64,000 nucleotides of DNA, taken from Syntrophorhabdaceae bacterium (GTDB taxonomy: Bacteria; Desulfobacterota; Syntrophorhabdia; Syntrophorhabdales; Syntrophorhabdaceae). Each line of letters starts with the position of its first letter. Within the stretch, counting starts at the first letter, position 1. Under the pieces are notes generated by a model. The model worked only from the letters and a program-made list of their open reading frames with translations, was not told where the DNA came from and ran no database searches. Below are positions 8,832 through 18,777 of this stretch, in pieces. The position numbers and the translations under genes are program-made. The stretch is from contig OY762209.1 of NCBI GenBank assembly GCA_963665295.1, positions 1,184,001-1,248,000 on the forward strand. The letters are read 5' to 3'.

Positions 8832-10196
8832 TCAGTGTCTGGACAAGGGTTGTCGAAAAGAAATGAGTCTCTGCCACGGGGGACCCCGATGGCCGAAACG
8901 GTACATGATGTCGAGTTTTGACTGAAACGATGAGGGAGGGAATATGCGGTCCCTCCGGCCCCTGAAGGCATTCTCAAGGGTTTCGTTCATGCGCGCCGCA
9001 TCTATGTCCGGAGAAAAATAGAATACAGGCTTCAAAAGGGGGTCTTCTTCTCCCACCACGCCTTTCTCTACGGACAATCCGTGGAGGGCGGCGCCCGGAT
9101 AGATGCGTACCCCCGAGAACGCAAGGACCACGCAGTCCCTGAGGGACGTCATATTGCTCAGTCCTTCTCCGAGGCTACGCTCCGTTTCTCCCGGACCCCC
9201 GAACATTACGTAGTGGACACAGGGGGTCTTCTCGTCAACGCACGCGTCATTGAAATGAACCACATCGTCGAAACAGAATGGCTTGTTGAGGCCCTGGAGG
9301 GTCGTGTCGCTTGCCGCATCCGTACCTGTTTCCACAGCCGCGAGTCCCGAGCGCTTCAACAATCGCAGGTCTTTGCCGTGGAGCCCCCGGGGCTGAAAAA
9401 ACGCGGACCATTCGATGCGGATTTCCCGGCGCACCATCTCCTCGACAATCTCGAGATAGTTGCCTTCACCGTCATTGAACACCGAGTCGGTGAAGAACAC
9501 ACTCTCAACATGGTGATCTTTTTGCAGTTGCAGGATATCTTCTATCACGGACCCCGGTTCTCTGCACCGGTAGGTCGTCCCTTCCACAGCCGGATAGGTG
9601 CAATAAATGCAATTGTACGGGCAGCCGCGCTTGGTGTGAAGACCGACCACCCCGCTCTTCTTTACATAGTATTTGATCAGTTTCCTGTCCCAGAGGGGTC
9701 GGAACACCATGTCTCCGGGGCCGGCCGTTTCCGCGTTTCGCGAGATGGCCTGCGCCGGCTCTCCGCTCTCTATCTTCGCGATGAGAGCGTTGAAGAGAAT
9801 CCCCCCTTCTCCTACGATCCCGTAATCTCCCCCTACATAGGCGAGGATATCCTCGGGCATGATGGAAAAGGCCGATCCGCCCAAAACCACGGGGGCCCGC
9901 GTCACCTTCCTGATGATTTCTATCAATGCCCGCACTGAGGTGAGGGTCCAGGCATCCTCCGCCGTAAAGGAATCGACGTTGTCGATATTGCGGAGCGACA
10001 GGCCGACAACATCGGGCTTGAATGCCCTGATCGCATTGCCGAGCCTTTCGGAGTCGCCCTTTTCAGCGAGGAGATCGAACTGTTTTACCCTGTGTCCCCG
10101 GGAGGTCAGGGCAGAGGCAACTACCGCCATCCCCAGGGGGTATACCGGGTAAGGCCCGGTCATGGTGTTGGTGGAAAGGAGAAATACCCTGCTCAC
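8832..10196 (-). CDS. B12-binding radical SAM enzyme, lipid-biosynthesis-associated type
   Basis: PYPVYPLGM, SLRNIDNV, LGGSAFS, KRGCPYNCIYCTYP. Confidence 0.9.
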   Translation of the reverse strand: MSRVFLLSTNTMTGPYPVYPLGMAVVASALTSRGHRVKQFDLLAEKGDSERLGNAIRAFKPDVVGLSLRNIDNVDSFTAEDAWTLTSVRALIEIIRKVTRAPVVLGGSAFSIMPEDILAYVGGDYGIVGEGGILFNALIAKIESGEPAQAISRNAETAGPGDMVFRPLWDRKLIKYYVKKSGVVGLHTKRGCPYNCIYCTYPAVEGTTYRCREPGSVIEDILQLQKDHHVESVFFTDSVFNDGEGNYLEIVEEMVRREIRIEWSAFFQPRGLHGKDLRLLKRSGLAAVETGTDAASDTTLQGLNKPFCFDDVVHFNDACVDEKTPCVHYVMFGGPGETERSLGEGLSNMTSLRDCVVLAFSGVRIYPGAALHGLSVEKGVVGEEDPLLKPVFYFSPDIDAARMNETLENAFRGRRDRIFPPSSFQSKLDIMYRFGHRGPPWQRLISFRQPLSRH

Positions 10197-11458
10197 CCGT
10201 TCGTCCTTGGGGCCCCGAAGGAGCGCTTTTTCCGCGTGTCGTACCTCCGGTATGTCCCGTCGTCCATTTCCCGGCGGATGATCTTTTTGAACAGCTCACC
10301 CATCTTAAGCTGGTAGCCGCCTCCCGCGTAAAAGGTGTCCCATGCGTAACGATACATTTCAAGGAGCTTTTCGGGAGTCATCAATTTTGGTTGAAAAACC
10401 ACCTTATCCGCCGTGTAATCGATCCAGTTGTTGCTCAGGATCCTTCCTTCTCCTTCAAGGCGATCCCGTATCGGGGAATGGGGGAAGGGGGTCAGGATGG
10501 TGAACTCCGCCATATCGAGGTCTATCTCAAGAAGGAAATCCACCAGCCTCTTGATGTAATCTTCGTCCTGTTCGTCGGTCCCGAGGATGATGGTCCCCTC
10601 GACGCCGATGCCGTAGTCTTTCAGTCTTCTGACTCTGGTCCGGATCACGTCCGATGTATCGAAGATGGCCTGATACACATACCAGCTCCCTGCCTCCGCC
10701 GCAAGGCTCAACACCTTGTCGTCATCCAGAATGGGATGGGAGACCCACTTTTTTTTCAGGGGGACCATGGCGGTAAAGAGGTCGATGAGCCACTGCCGGT
10801 CCTGGGACAGGGAATTGTCAACGATGAACATCCTGTTATTGGGGATGGAGGCCATTTCTTCGATGACCATGTCAATCGGCCGCGGGCGGAATTGCCTTCC
10901 TCCGAGAAAACCCGTACAGCACGGAAAACAATTGAACTTGCACCCTCTCGACGCATGGACGAGATCGAACATCTGGACGCCCCGGTAGTTGTAAAGGGAA
11001 CGGTCAAGGATCTCCCGCCTCGCCTTTCCCACGAGGTGAATGTCCGGGTAGGCGGTCATGTAGTCATAGATCTTCCTGAGCCTTCCCCTCTTGAAGTCTT
11101 CGAGCACCCCGGCGAACCTGCCCTCCACCTCGCCGATGAACACGCTGTCCGCATGGTGCACGACCTCTTCGCTGTGGAGCATTACCGCGATCCCGCCGAA
11201 TATGACGGGAATCCCCATCTTTCTGTAGACGCGGGATATCTCGTAGGCCCTCGGGAGCTGGCTGGTGAGCATCACCGATAGGGCGACAAGATCGGGACCC
11301 GCATCAAAGGTTATCTCCTGGACGTTGTCGTCGATGAAGGTGATGTCAACCTCGGGGGGAACCTCTGCGGCAAAGACCGCCGGGCCGTGGGGCGGCAGGT
11401 GGAACTCCGTTTGTCCTTCCAGCTTGGGCCAGGACGGGTAGATGAGCGTCATCTTCAT
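10193..11458 (-). CDS. B12-binding radical SAM enzyme
   Basis: FHLPPHG, FGGIA, SRGCKFNCFPCC, LTPFPHSP. ATGA-coupled start at 11458. Confidence 0.88.
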   Translation of the reverse strand: MKMTLIYPSWPKLEGQTEFHLPPHGPAVFAAEVPPEVDITFIDDNVQEITFDAGPDLVALSVMLTSQLPRAYEISRVYRKMGIPVIFGGIAVMLHSEEVVHHADSVFIGEVEGRFAGVLEDFKRGRLRKIYDYMTAYPDIHLVGKARREILDRSLYNYRGVQMFDLVHASRGCKFNCFPCCTGFLGGRQFRPRPIDMVIEEMASIPNNRMFIVDNSLSQDRQWLIDLFTAMVPLKKKWVSHPILDDDKVLSLAAEAGSWYVYQAIFDTSDVIRTRVRRLKDYGIGVEGTIILGTDEQDEDYIKRLVDFLLEIDLDMAEFTILTPFPHSPIRDRLEGEGRILSNNWIDYTADKVVFQPKLMTPEKLLEMYRYAWDTFYAGGGYQLKMGELFKKIIRREMDDGTYRRYDTRKKRSFGAPRTNG

Positions 11459-12198
11459 TTGTCTCGATTGCCCCCTTTTTGGTCGCGCATGGATGCAGTA
11501 CACATGCTCGCAAGATTATTCAGGTCTTCTACCTGTACTCCATTGAACAGGGTAGCACCCTCCCCGTTTTGCGTCAATGCGCCGTACGAGGGGCCCCGGT
11601 CGGATATCCCGTCCTGTATTACAAAAAAGAGCGCCCCCGGAGCGCCGCTGCCTGTTCCGGCAAGCGACGGGGGAATCCCGACGTCGCACACGCCCGCCAC
11701 AGCCGTAGCATATTCCCCGCCCGCGATGCCGCTCATGGCCATGCGCAAACCCTGGAGGCCTGAAAGCGTTGGTTCACAGAGGACAAAGCCCGGGCCCGTG
11801 AGTCCGAAGTGGACTGCCGCTTCTCCGAGATACGTATTCGCAAGGGTGTAGGCAAAAAGGTTGGGGCTTGCGAGGCGGCCCCCTTCGGGAATAACCGTAT
11901 CGTAGTAGTCATTGTCCAGGCTCAGGCATCCGTAAACCGTGGAAGCGATAACGGCGATGTCCCGCGGGTTCGACCATTCGTCGAGTCCCGCATCCTTAAG
12001 GGCGAAGGATATGGCGGATACGCCGAGACGGGAATAGGCATCCATCCTGCCGAACCGCGGGAAGGGCCTGGAGGAGACATCCTTTCGCGAGAGCTTCGGC
12101 AATGGTCCGTCACCGCCCGCGAGGAAGGGAACCTGTCTTCCGCATCCCGCCCCTGCGGCATTGATCCAGCCCACACCAATGAGTTCGACTCTCAGCAT
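11455..12198 (-). CDS. Truncated ketosynthase-like protein (N-terminal domain only; CLF-like)
   Basis: RFGRMD, ASPNLFAYTLAN; 247 aa; lacks the His-His half. Confidence 0.8.
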   Translation of the reverse strand: MLRVELIGVGWINAAGAGCGRQVPFLAGGDGPLPKLSRKDVSSRPFPRFGRMDAYSRLGVSAISFALKDAGLDEWSNPRDIAVIASTVYGCLSLDNDYYDTVIPEGGRLASPNLFAYTLANTYLGEAAVHFGLTGPGFVLCEPTLSGLQGLRMAMSGIAGGEYATAVAGVCDVGIPPSLAGTGSGAPGALFFVIQDGISDRGPSYGALTQNGEGATLFNGVQVEDLNNLASMCTASMRDQKGGNRDK

Positions 12199-13325
12199 GA
12201 TCCTCCCCGCTTAAGCAGGATTGCCGCATTGATCCCGCCAAATCCGGAGTTCGTGGTGAGAAGGCAGTCGCCCGCCATGGAGACGGGTTCCGAGCCGACA
12301 AGGCCTTCCGCGCCCTCCTCGGGATTGACAAGACCGACAGTGGGCGGAATCGTGTATTCGGCGAGGGCCTTCGTCCCCAGGGCGACCTCGATGCCCCCTG
12401 CCGCGCCGAAAGTGTGCCCTATACACCCTTTTACAGAGTAGAGGGGCGGGCAATCGCTGCCGAAGATTATGTGAAAAGCGGTAAGTTCCATGAGGTCGTT
12501 CTGATAGGTTCCGGTTCCGTGGGCGCTTATGCCTGCGATATCACGGCGATCCATCCCTGCCCGGGCAATTGCTTTGGAGACTGCCTTGACGAGGCCTGAG
12601 CCTTTGGCGTCCGGGGCCGTCACATGAAAGGCATCGTTGGCTACGCCGAAGCCTTTCACGGTACACATGGGGGAATAGCCTTCCCGCCGGGCACAGGTTG
12701 AGCTCATGAGCAGGAGAAATGCCGCCCCCTCTCCGGGGGAGAGGCCTGCCCGGTCCCTGTCGAAGGGTTTGCATGGCACGGGCGAGAGGGCCTGAAGCGC
12801 GGAAAAACCCGAAAATATGAATTCCGTAACCCCATCCGCACAGCAGATAAGCACTGATTCCGCGCTTCCCGATGCGATCATGGCTGCCCCCTCCGCCACT
12901 GCAATCGTGGAAGACGCGCACGCCGCGCTTATGGTTATTACGACGCCGGAGAGACCCAGTCTCGCCGACACCCTTTCCCCTATGGATGACGGAAGAATCT
13001 CGCCCGGGTTGGAGGCAAGGCCCCGTTTCATCTTTTGCAGGTTATCGATGCCTGCCTTTGTGGTAGCGGCGATGACCAGGGAACCGGCGGGAACCCTCGT
13101 GATCTGACCGAGGAGCATGTCCACTATCGCCGAAACCAGAGAGCCCGGTCCTTCGGCTTCCAGACCGGGGATGATTCCACCCACCGTGCTGCGGTAGGCC
13201 TCTACGGGAAAGCGGTCTATTTCACTTATCGCCGTCTTGCCGGACAGCATCTTGAGCCACGTGGCGTCGAGGCTGTTCCCTGCCGACGTCACCATGCCGA
13301 CGTCCGTGATCCAGACTTCCCTCAA
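12192..13325 (-). CDS. Beta-ketoacyl-ACP synthase (FabF-like)
   Basis: AACASS, SAHGTGT, KGCIGHTFGA, NSGFGG. Probable TTG start overlapping the thioesterase stop. Confidence 0.9.
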   Translation of the reverse strand: MREVWITDVGMVTSAGNSLDATWLKMLSGKTAISEIDRFPVEAYRSTVGGIIPGLEAEGPGSLVSAIVDMLLGQITRVPAGSLVIAATTKAGIDNLQKMKRGLASNPGEILPSSIGERVSARLGLSGVVITISAACASSTIAVAEGAAMIASGSAESVLICCADGVTEFIFSGFSALQALSPVPCKPFDRDRAGLSPGEGAAFLLLMSSTCARREGYSPMCTVKGFGVANDAFHVTAPDAKGSGLVKAVSKAIARAGMDRRDIAGISAHGTGTYQNDLMELTAFHIIFGSDCPPLYSVKGCIGHTFGAAGGIEVALGTKALAEYTIPPTVGLVNPEEGAEGLVGSEPVSMAGDCLLTTNSGFGGINAAILLKRGGSC

Positions 13326-13783
13326 TGGAACTGGCCCGCCTTCCACTTTTCGCAAAATTCCCGGTAAAAGGGAGGCGGAATGAGAAGGAGATTGCCATCC
13401 ATATCGAGCATTATCTGCACCGTGTAGCCCGTGGTGGCCAGGAGGCCCTCCTTGTCGCGTATCACGTACTCAATATCGATGCGCGCCGCCTCGGTCCAGT
13501 GGAGAATGCTTTCGATGGTAAAATTATCCAGATATCTCAAGGGCCGGTGATAGTCCGAATGCATGATTCTTATTGGGGCGATCACGCCATTCCGGACAAG
13601 GTCCGGATAGCCGAGGCCATACCTTTCCCCCGCCGCGCAGCGCGCGTCTTCAAAATAGCTCGCATACCGGCCATGCCAGACAATGCCGAGGGGATCGGTC
13701 TCTTCGAATCGTACCCGCCTCTCCACGGTGGTCCTGAGCGGCGCGGGAGAACCTTTCCTGACAGGAAAATATGGTTTACGCAT
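13322..13783 (-). CDS. Acyl-CoA/ACP thioesterase (4HBT hot-dog family)
   Basis: RVRFEETDPLGIVWHGRYASYFEDAR. Confidence 0.88.
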   Translation of the reverse strand: MRKPYFPVRKGSPAPLRTTVERRVRFEETDPLGIVWHGRYASYFEDARCAAGERYGLGYPDLVRNGVIAPIRIMHSDYHRPLRYLDNFTIESILHWTEAARIDIEYVIRDKEGLLATTGYTVQIMLDMDGNLLLIPPPFYREFCEKWKAGQFH

Positions 13784-13795
13784 AATTCTTACCCC

Positions 13796-14206
13796 TTATG
13801 AAGTGGTGTCTAAATTTTCTATTGCGTCCTGTTCCGTGCGGCGTACGGTAAGGAGCAAAGAGGCGGCGAGGCTTTCAGCAACGGAAAGGGTTACCTCGAT
13901 GCCTGTCGCTCCCCTGACGGCACGCTCGCGATACCGCACCTCCACTTCCCGGTCGGGGTGGATTTCGGTGCGAAACTTGGCCTTGACAATGGAAACAAGT
14001 GTGAGCCCGCGCCCCTCAACCTCTTCCGCCATGGAAAGGGCGGTGAGCACCTGGAGAAACGCGGGAAGGACCGGGTAGCCGGGAAAGTGGCCCGAAAAGC
14101 CTATGAAATCAGGGGCAAAGGAATAGGACTTCACGAAAATGCCCCCTTCCGTCTCCTTTGCAGGGCCTATTGCCGATAAAGAAATGGCGGTCTTGAGTTT
14201 ATCCAT
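13796..14206 (-). CDS. 3-hydroxyacyl-ACP dehydratase (FabZ/ApeI-like)
   Basis: FSGHFPGYPVLP, AKF..IHP. Start set at ATG 14206. Confidence 0.82.
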   Translation of the reverse strand: MDKLKTAISLSAIGPAKETEGGIFVKSYSFAPDFIGFSGHFPGYPVLPAFLQVLTALSMAEEVEGRGLTLVSIVKAKFRTEIHPDREVEVRYRERAVRGATGIEVTLSVAESLAASLLLTVRRTEQDAIENLDTTS

Positions 14207-16607
14207 TTTCCGGGCAGGACTCCCGCTCGGTCCTCCGCGAATGATAGAGGGCAGGTATGACAAAAAGGGCGGAGGGTATGGCGCCGCACATGCCGAGAAG
14301 CACTGATATTCCGATGGAGTACAGGGCGGGGTGGCGGGCAAGGGCAAGGGCGCCCATACCCACAAGGCTCGTGAGTCCGCCGAGGAGCACCGCCATGCTC
14401 GTATTGTGATCGTTTCCTTCAGAAATCCGGCTCACCATGAAGATGCCGAGGTCCACACTCAAGCCGATCACCAGGATCGTCGCGATGATGTTGAAGAGGT
14501 TGAACTCGATGCCCCTCCACCCCATGGCGCCGAACATAAAAAGGAGGCCTGCGGCAACAGGAACGGCGGCGTAAAGCACTTTTGCCGGCGAGCGGAAGAC
14601 CATGCAGAGAAAGACGACTATCACGATCGATGCAACGATGATGTACCTGACGAAATTGTTCACCATGGCCCTGCTGATGGTATCATTGAAGCGGGTATTC
14701 GACACAAAGCGCTCCACGAAAGGCGTACGTGCCCGATCCTTGAAGAGCGCGGCCACTTCCGGGGTATCGGGCACCAGGGTGAGGACTCGCCGGCCGGGGC
14801 CGTCACGGATGATCATGGAGTCTATCAGATCGCCAAACCCGGCTTTTCTGAGGCCCTCCATGGTGACCGGGGCGGGCTTGACTTTAAGCCTTTCCAGAAA
14901 AGCCTCGAAGGCCTGCGGGGTGAAGCCTTCCTTTGCGCCCTCCCGTTCAATAAGCCCTGCCACCATGTTCCTGTTCTCTTGTGACCATTGCCCTTCCCAG
15001 CGCCGCCGGTTCGCCTCCTGGGTTGCCGCCGAAGGGAGGAGGGGGGCGAGACTGATGACCCCATCGTCGGGAATCTTCCCTTTGAGGTATGAGAAGAGCC
15101 GGTCGTTATTCACCAGCGCGGACTCCAGGTCCTTACCTTCCGCAAAGACCATTGCCTTTCCGCGGAAATCTCCCCAGGTCTGTTTCAGTTGTTCCTCCAT
15201 CGCGTGTATTGCCCCGGGGATCATGCTTATGGCGCGCATATCTCCGTTGAACCTGATGTGGCTTCCCTGCCACAGGCAGAGCCCCATGAGCAGGAACCAT
15301 CCCGTAATAACGGTACCCCGATAGAGGGGTCCCCTGACAGGGTGAGGGGCGGCGGGAAAGCCTTTCCCCGGCGGCAGGCCCCGGATGAAATGGGGCAGAA
15401 TTATCAGGGAAAAGATGAGGGACGCAATGATACCGATAATGGAAAAGAGCGCAATCTGGCGCTGGCCGGGGAGGTCGGAAAAGAAAAGGGCGCTGAAGGT
15501 CGCCATGGTGGTTACGCCGCTCATAAGAACGGGACGGGAGATCCGGGCAACCGCCTCTCCCTTGTAGTCACCTGTGCCTCTCAGGGAAAAGTACGTGAAT
15601 ATGGGATAATCATCGGCAATTCCCATGAGCACCGAACCAAAGGCGATGGTCACGGCGGAGATGGTGCTGTAGACACACAACACTCCCGCAGTGGCGATGC
15701 AGACTACCGATGTGGGCACCAGAAAGACAAAGATGGCCCTCCAGTTCCGCATGAAAAGAAAAAGGAGCGCGAGAATGGTAACGGATGCACAGGTGAGTAT
15801 CACATAGAGGTCTTCTTTTATGGTCTCTGCGTTGGCGGTGGTGTAGGAGTGGCCGCTTAAGAAGGAAACGGAAATGCCCGGCACGTTATGGGCGTCCACA
15901 ACCTTCTTTGTGTAGGCGACAAGGTTCTTTGCCCCCTCGGCGTCCGTGATCTTGATGGGGGTTTCACCGATGAGAAGGGCATTTTTGCCGTCGGCGCTTA
16001 TGAAATGGTTTTCTTTAAGGACCATTCCCCCGAACATATTCATGGAACGGAGTTTCCCGAGAATGATGAGATAAAACTGAAGGGGGTCCGCCTGAAGCAG
16101 GGGTTTCATGACCCATCCCTGAGGAGAATTGAGGATGGTCCGGATATCATTGAGCCGGGCGTCAACCTTCTCGGGGGTAAGGAGTCCCCTTACCTGTTCC
16201 ATGTCCTTCTCCGTCATAAGCGAGGGGCCGGCCTGGAGGACCCAGGAGAAGAATTCATCGGGCGCCGGCATCTCCGGACCGGCGATCACGCGACTGTAAT
16301 AAGGCGCCTTCAACGCCCCTGCAAGGGCATCAGCGGCTTCCACAAGGGTCTTCCCGTCAACCCCGGGGCCGGCCTTGAGGTTGAACACTATTTTCTGCAT
16401 AAAAGGAGCCTGCTGCAGAAGGCGGAAATCTATCGCCGCGTCCGATGCGCCGTCAGGAAGCAAAGGCTGGACATCCTCGCTGAGTTTGATGCTTTTGAGA
16501 AGGAAGGCGCTTGAAGCCACGACTGCGAAAATTATCGCATACAGGAGTATGCGGCGACGCTCGAAAAACTCGAAAGCCCTCGAAAATATGGCGTAAAAGG
16601 GGGCCAT
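14199..16607 (-). CDS. MMPL/RND-family exporter
   Basis: 802 aa with two TM bundles; GIADDY and GLSVDLGIF motifs. Confidence 0.88.
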   Translation of the reverse strand: MAPFYAIFSRAFEFFERRRILLYAIIFAVVASSAFLLKSIKLSEDVQPLLPDGASDAAIDFRLLQQAPFMQKIVFNLKAGPGVDGKTLVEAADALAGALKAPYYSRVIAGPEMPAPDEFFSWVLQAGPSLMTEKDMEQVRGLLTPEKVDARLNDIRTILNSPQGWVMKPLLQADPLQFYLIILGKLRSMNMFGGMVLKENHFISADGKNALLIGETPIKITDAEGAKNLVAYTKKVVDAHNVPGISVSFLSGHSYTTANAETIKEDLYVILTCASVTILALLFLFMRNWRAIFVFLVPTSVVCIATAGVLCVYSTISAVTIAFGSVLMGIADDYPIFTYFSLRGTGDYKGEAVARISRPVLMSGVTTMATFSALFFSDLPGQRQIALFSIIGIIASLIFSLIILPHFIRGLPPGKGFPAAPHPVRGPLYRGTVITGWFLLMGLCLWQGSHIRFNGDMRAISMIPGAIHAMEEQLKQTWGDFRGKAMVFAEGKDLESALVNNDRLFSYLKGKIPDDGVISLAPLLPSAATQEANRRRWEGQWSQENRNMVAGLIEREGAKEGFTPQAFEAFLERLKVKPAPVTMEGLRKAGFGDLIDSMIIRDGPGRRVLTLVPDTPEVAALFKDRARTPFVERFVSNTRFNDTISRAMVNNFVRYIIVASIVIVVFLCMVFRSPAKVLYAAVPVAAGLLFMFGAMGWRGIEFNLFNIIATILVIGLSVDLGIFMVSRISEGNDHNTSMAVLLGGLTSLVGMGALALARHPALYSIGISVLLGMCGAIPSALFVIPALYHSRRTERESCPENG

Positions 16608-17269
16608 TACGGGTTAAACAGATCGTGAGGCAACGGTTCGTCCAGGAGGATGTGGGAAAATTTGATACGTACGTAATCCCCGCCTTTCTCGTGTATCTCC
16701 ACTGAACGGACGTGGGACCAATCCTTGGAAAAGGCAATGATGAGGTGGGAGACATACTTTTTTTCCTGGGAGGAAAGGGGATTGAGTTTCAGGGCCGTCG
16801 GCCTGTCTTCCGCCACGGTAATCCTGTACCTCTTTTCGAGCCAGGGGAAATCCGCCCGTGCCCATGCAAATACCTGCTCCACAATGGCCTTTGCCACGGG
16901 CTCCTTCTGTACGTCAAATGTCTCTGCCTTATTGACGTCTCCCTCCCACCGCTTTGCCCTGGTTCCTCGTACCACAAATCCCGCGGGAGACGGTTTTGTG
17001 ATCTCCCAGTAAAGACGATCCGGTTTCTCGTATGCAAACCGTCCGCTCGAAACGAGGGGGTCTTTCAGCATGGACGAATACTTTTCCTGGGTAAAGCCGC
17101 TTGAGATGGTCCGGAGGGCTGTTGCTGCGGCGGCAATACGGGAGAAGGCCTCCGATCTCACGTCCCGCTTCTCCGGCTCATCTTTTGGTTCCGCCGCGAA
17201 TCCGAGGGCCGCCCAAAGGAGCATAGGGATGATAAGGGAAGAGAGATAAAGAAATGTCCTCCTGGTCAT
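16607..17269 (-). CDS. LolA-like periplasmic carrier protein
   Basis: Signal peptide; FTQEK..SSGRFAYEKPDRLYWE; EKGGD. Confidence 0.85.
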   Translation of the reverse strand: MTRRTFLYLSSLIIPMLLWAALGFAAEPKDEPEKRDVRSEAFSRIAAAATALRTISSGFTQEKYSSMLKDPLVSSGRFAYEKPDRLYWEITKPSPAGFVVRGTRAKRWEGDVNKAETFDVQKEPVAKAIVEQVFAWARADFPWLEKRYRITVAEDRPTALKLNPLSSQEKKYVSHLIIAFSKDWSHVRSVEIHEKGGDYVRIKFSHILLDEPLPHDLFNP

Positions 17270-17712
17270 TGTGCCTCCCTGGGAACCCAGACCATGACGC
17301 TTCCGGAGGCTATTGCCTCTCCTTCCCGCATTACCGTGCCTTCTGCCAGGGCAAATTCGTCCATGTCCCCTGTCTTCCTTATGATGATCGACAATTTGTC
17401 GCCCCCGTGAGCGGTTCCGAACAACTCGAACCTTTTCACCTCCACGAGAAAACCTTTCGCCACCGCTCCCCCTTCCGTGAGGTCCTCATACCCTTTGACT
17501 GCCGCAAAGGATTGAGCGATAAGCTCGACAAACACGGTGGGCTCGACTGAACCGTCATTTCGAAGGAAGATGCTGTCCGGCCTTATGGTCGACTCCGCCA
17601 CGCCGCCGTGGCCCGCCCGGAACCCGGTCAAGCGGTCGATTGCGAGCATAGGCGGCCTCTGAGGCAGCAGCTTCGCGGCTGCGACAGGGAGATCGAGGGG
17701 ATGTCCGCTCAC
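17266..17712 (-). CDS. Hot-dog dehydratase (ApeP-like)
   Basis: LLPQRPPMLAIDRL, ELIAQS, GFLV. Confidence 0.8.
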   Translation of the reverse strand: MSGHPLDLPVAAAKLLPQRPPMLAIDRLTGFRAGHGGVAESTIRPDSIFLRNDGSVEPTVFVELIAQSFAAVKGYEDLTEGGAVAKGFLVEVKRFELFGTAHGGDKLSIIIRKTGDMDEFALAEGTVMREGEAIASGSVMVWVPREAQ

Positions 17713-18488
17713 AACCCCCTCATGGCTGTCACGGTTTCCGTCATGATGGCTTTTGTATGTTTTCCCATCTTGATATGGGCAAGAGGCTCGTCAAAGTCTT
17801 TCGGGTCAACAGGGGGAAGCACGGTGATACACACCCTGGCAGGCAGCATCCACCATCTCCCCGGCGGCAGCAGCACATCGGTGCCCGTGAGACAGAGGGG
17901 GAGAATTTTCGTGCCTGTCCGCAATGAAAGCTTGAATGCCCCCGAAAAGAAGCGCTGCATCTTTCCGTCCTTGCTTCTGTGCCCCTCGGGAAAAAACAGG
18001 ACCGACCCGCCTTCCGAGAGTATTCCGGCGCCCTTTTCGAGATATCCGGCGGCGCCGAGTGATTCCACGTTGAGGTAACCGGCAAGCCGCATGAACGGCG
18101 CATACCACGGCATCTTGAAGGGCCATGCGCGCACGGCCGCGGCGACATTGGTGAAGGGAAGCAAACCCATGCAGTAGAAATCAAAGAAAGAGAAATGGTT
18201 TATCACCATGACGTAAGGAGGCCCGATCACAACCTTCTCAAAGCCCCTTCTCTTGAACCTCACGAAGGGCGACGTTATGGCGACCCACCCTTTTCCGTAA
18301 AACCAGATAAAAAGGCGCATAATGCGGCCGCTACCCCAGTTTGTAAAGATCTTCCAGAAACCGAAAAGAAAAGGCATGGCCACGATCCCCAGCAAGGTCC
18401 AGAGGATAATCATGGGATAGACAAAGAGATTCATGGGGACAGACCAGAGAAGGGAGATGATACCCGGTTTCCTTACCGCCCGCCCCAC
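17709..18488 (-). CDS. Lysophospholipid acyltransferase (PlsC-like)
   Basis: NHFSFFD (HX4D), FFPEGHRS. Confidence 0.88.
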   Translation of the reverse strand: MGRAVRKPGIISLLWSVPMNLFVYPMIILWTLLGIVAMPFLFGFWKIFTNWGSGRIMRLFIWFYGKGWVAITSPFVRFKRRGFEKVVIGPPYVMVINHFSFFDFYCMGLLPFTNVAAAVRAWPFKMPWYAPFMRLAGYLNVESLGAAGYLEKGAGILSEGGSVLFFPEGHRSKDGKMQRFFSGAFKLSLRTGTKILPLCLTGTDVLLPPGRWWMLPARVCITVLPPVDPKDFDEPLAHIKMGKHTKAIMTETVTAMRGL

Positions 18489-18494
18489 CCTGTT

Positions 18495-18776
18495 TCAGTC
18501 CTTAAGCGGTGCGCCCTGGGTCGATTCCAGGCCCTTCATCTTGTTGATCACGAACCGGTGAATGTCGCCAAGGGTAATGATCTCCCGGATCGCCCCCTCG
18601 TCCCGTATCTTGAATTTGAAGGCGTTCTCCAGCAGAATCACTGTATCCACCCTGTCCAGACTGTCCAGCCCAAGATCGTCATAGAGGTGAGCCTCGGGAA
18701 CCATCTTCTCCGGATCGAGTTCGAACTCTTCGGCAAGCGAGGCGTTTATCACCTCGATTATCTTCTCGTCGGTCAT
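18495..18776 (-). CDS. Acyl carrier protein
   Basis: LYDDLGLDSLDRVD. Confidence 0.92.
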   Translation of the reverse strand: MTDEKIIEVINASLAEEFELDPEKMVPEAHLYDDLGLDSLDRVDTVILLENAFKFKIRDEGAIREIITLGDIHRFVINKMKGLESTQGAPLKD

Positions 18777-18777
18777 G

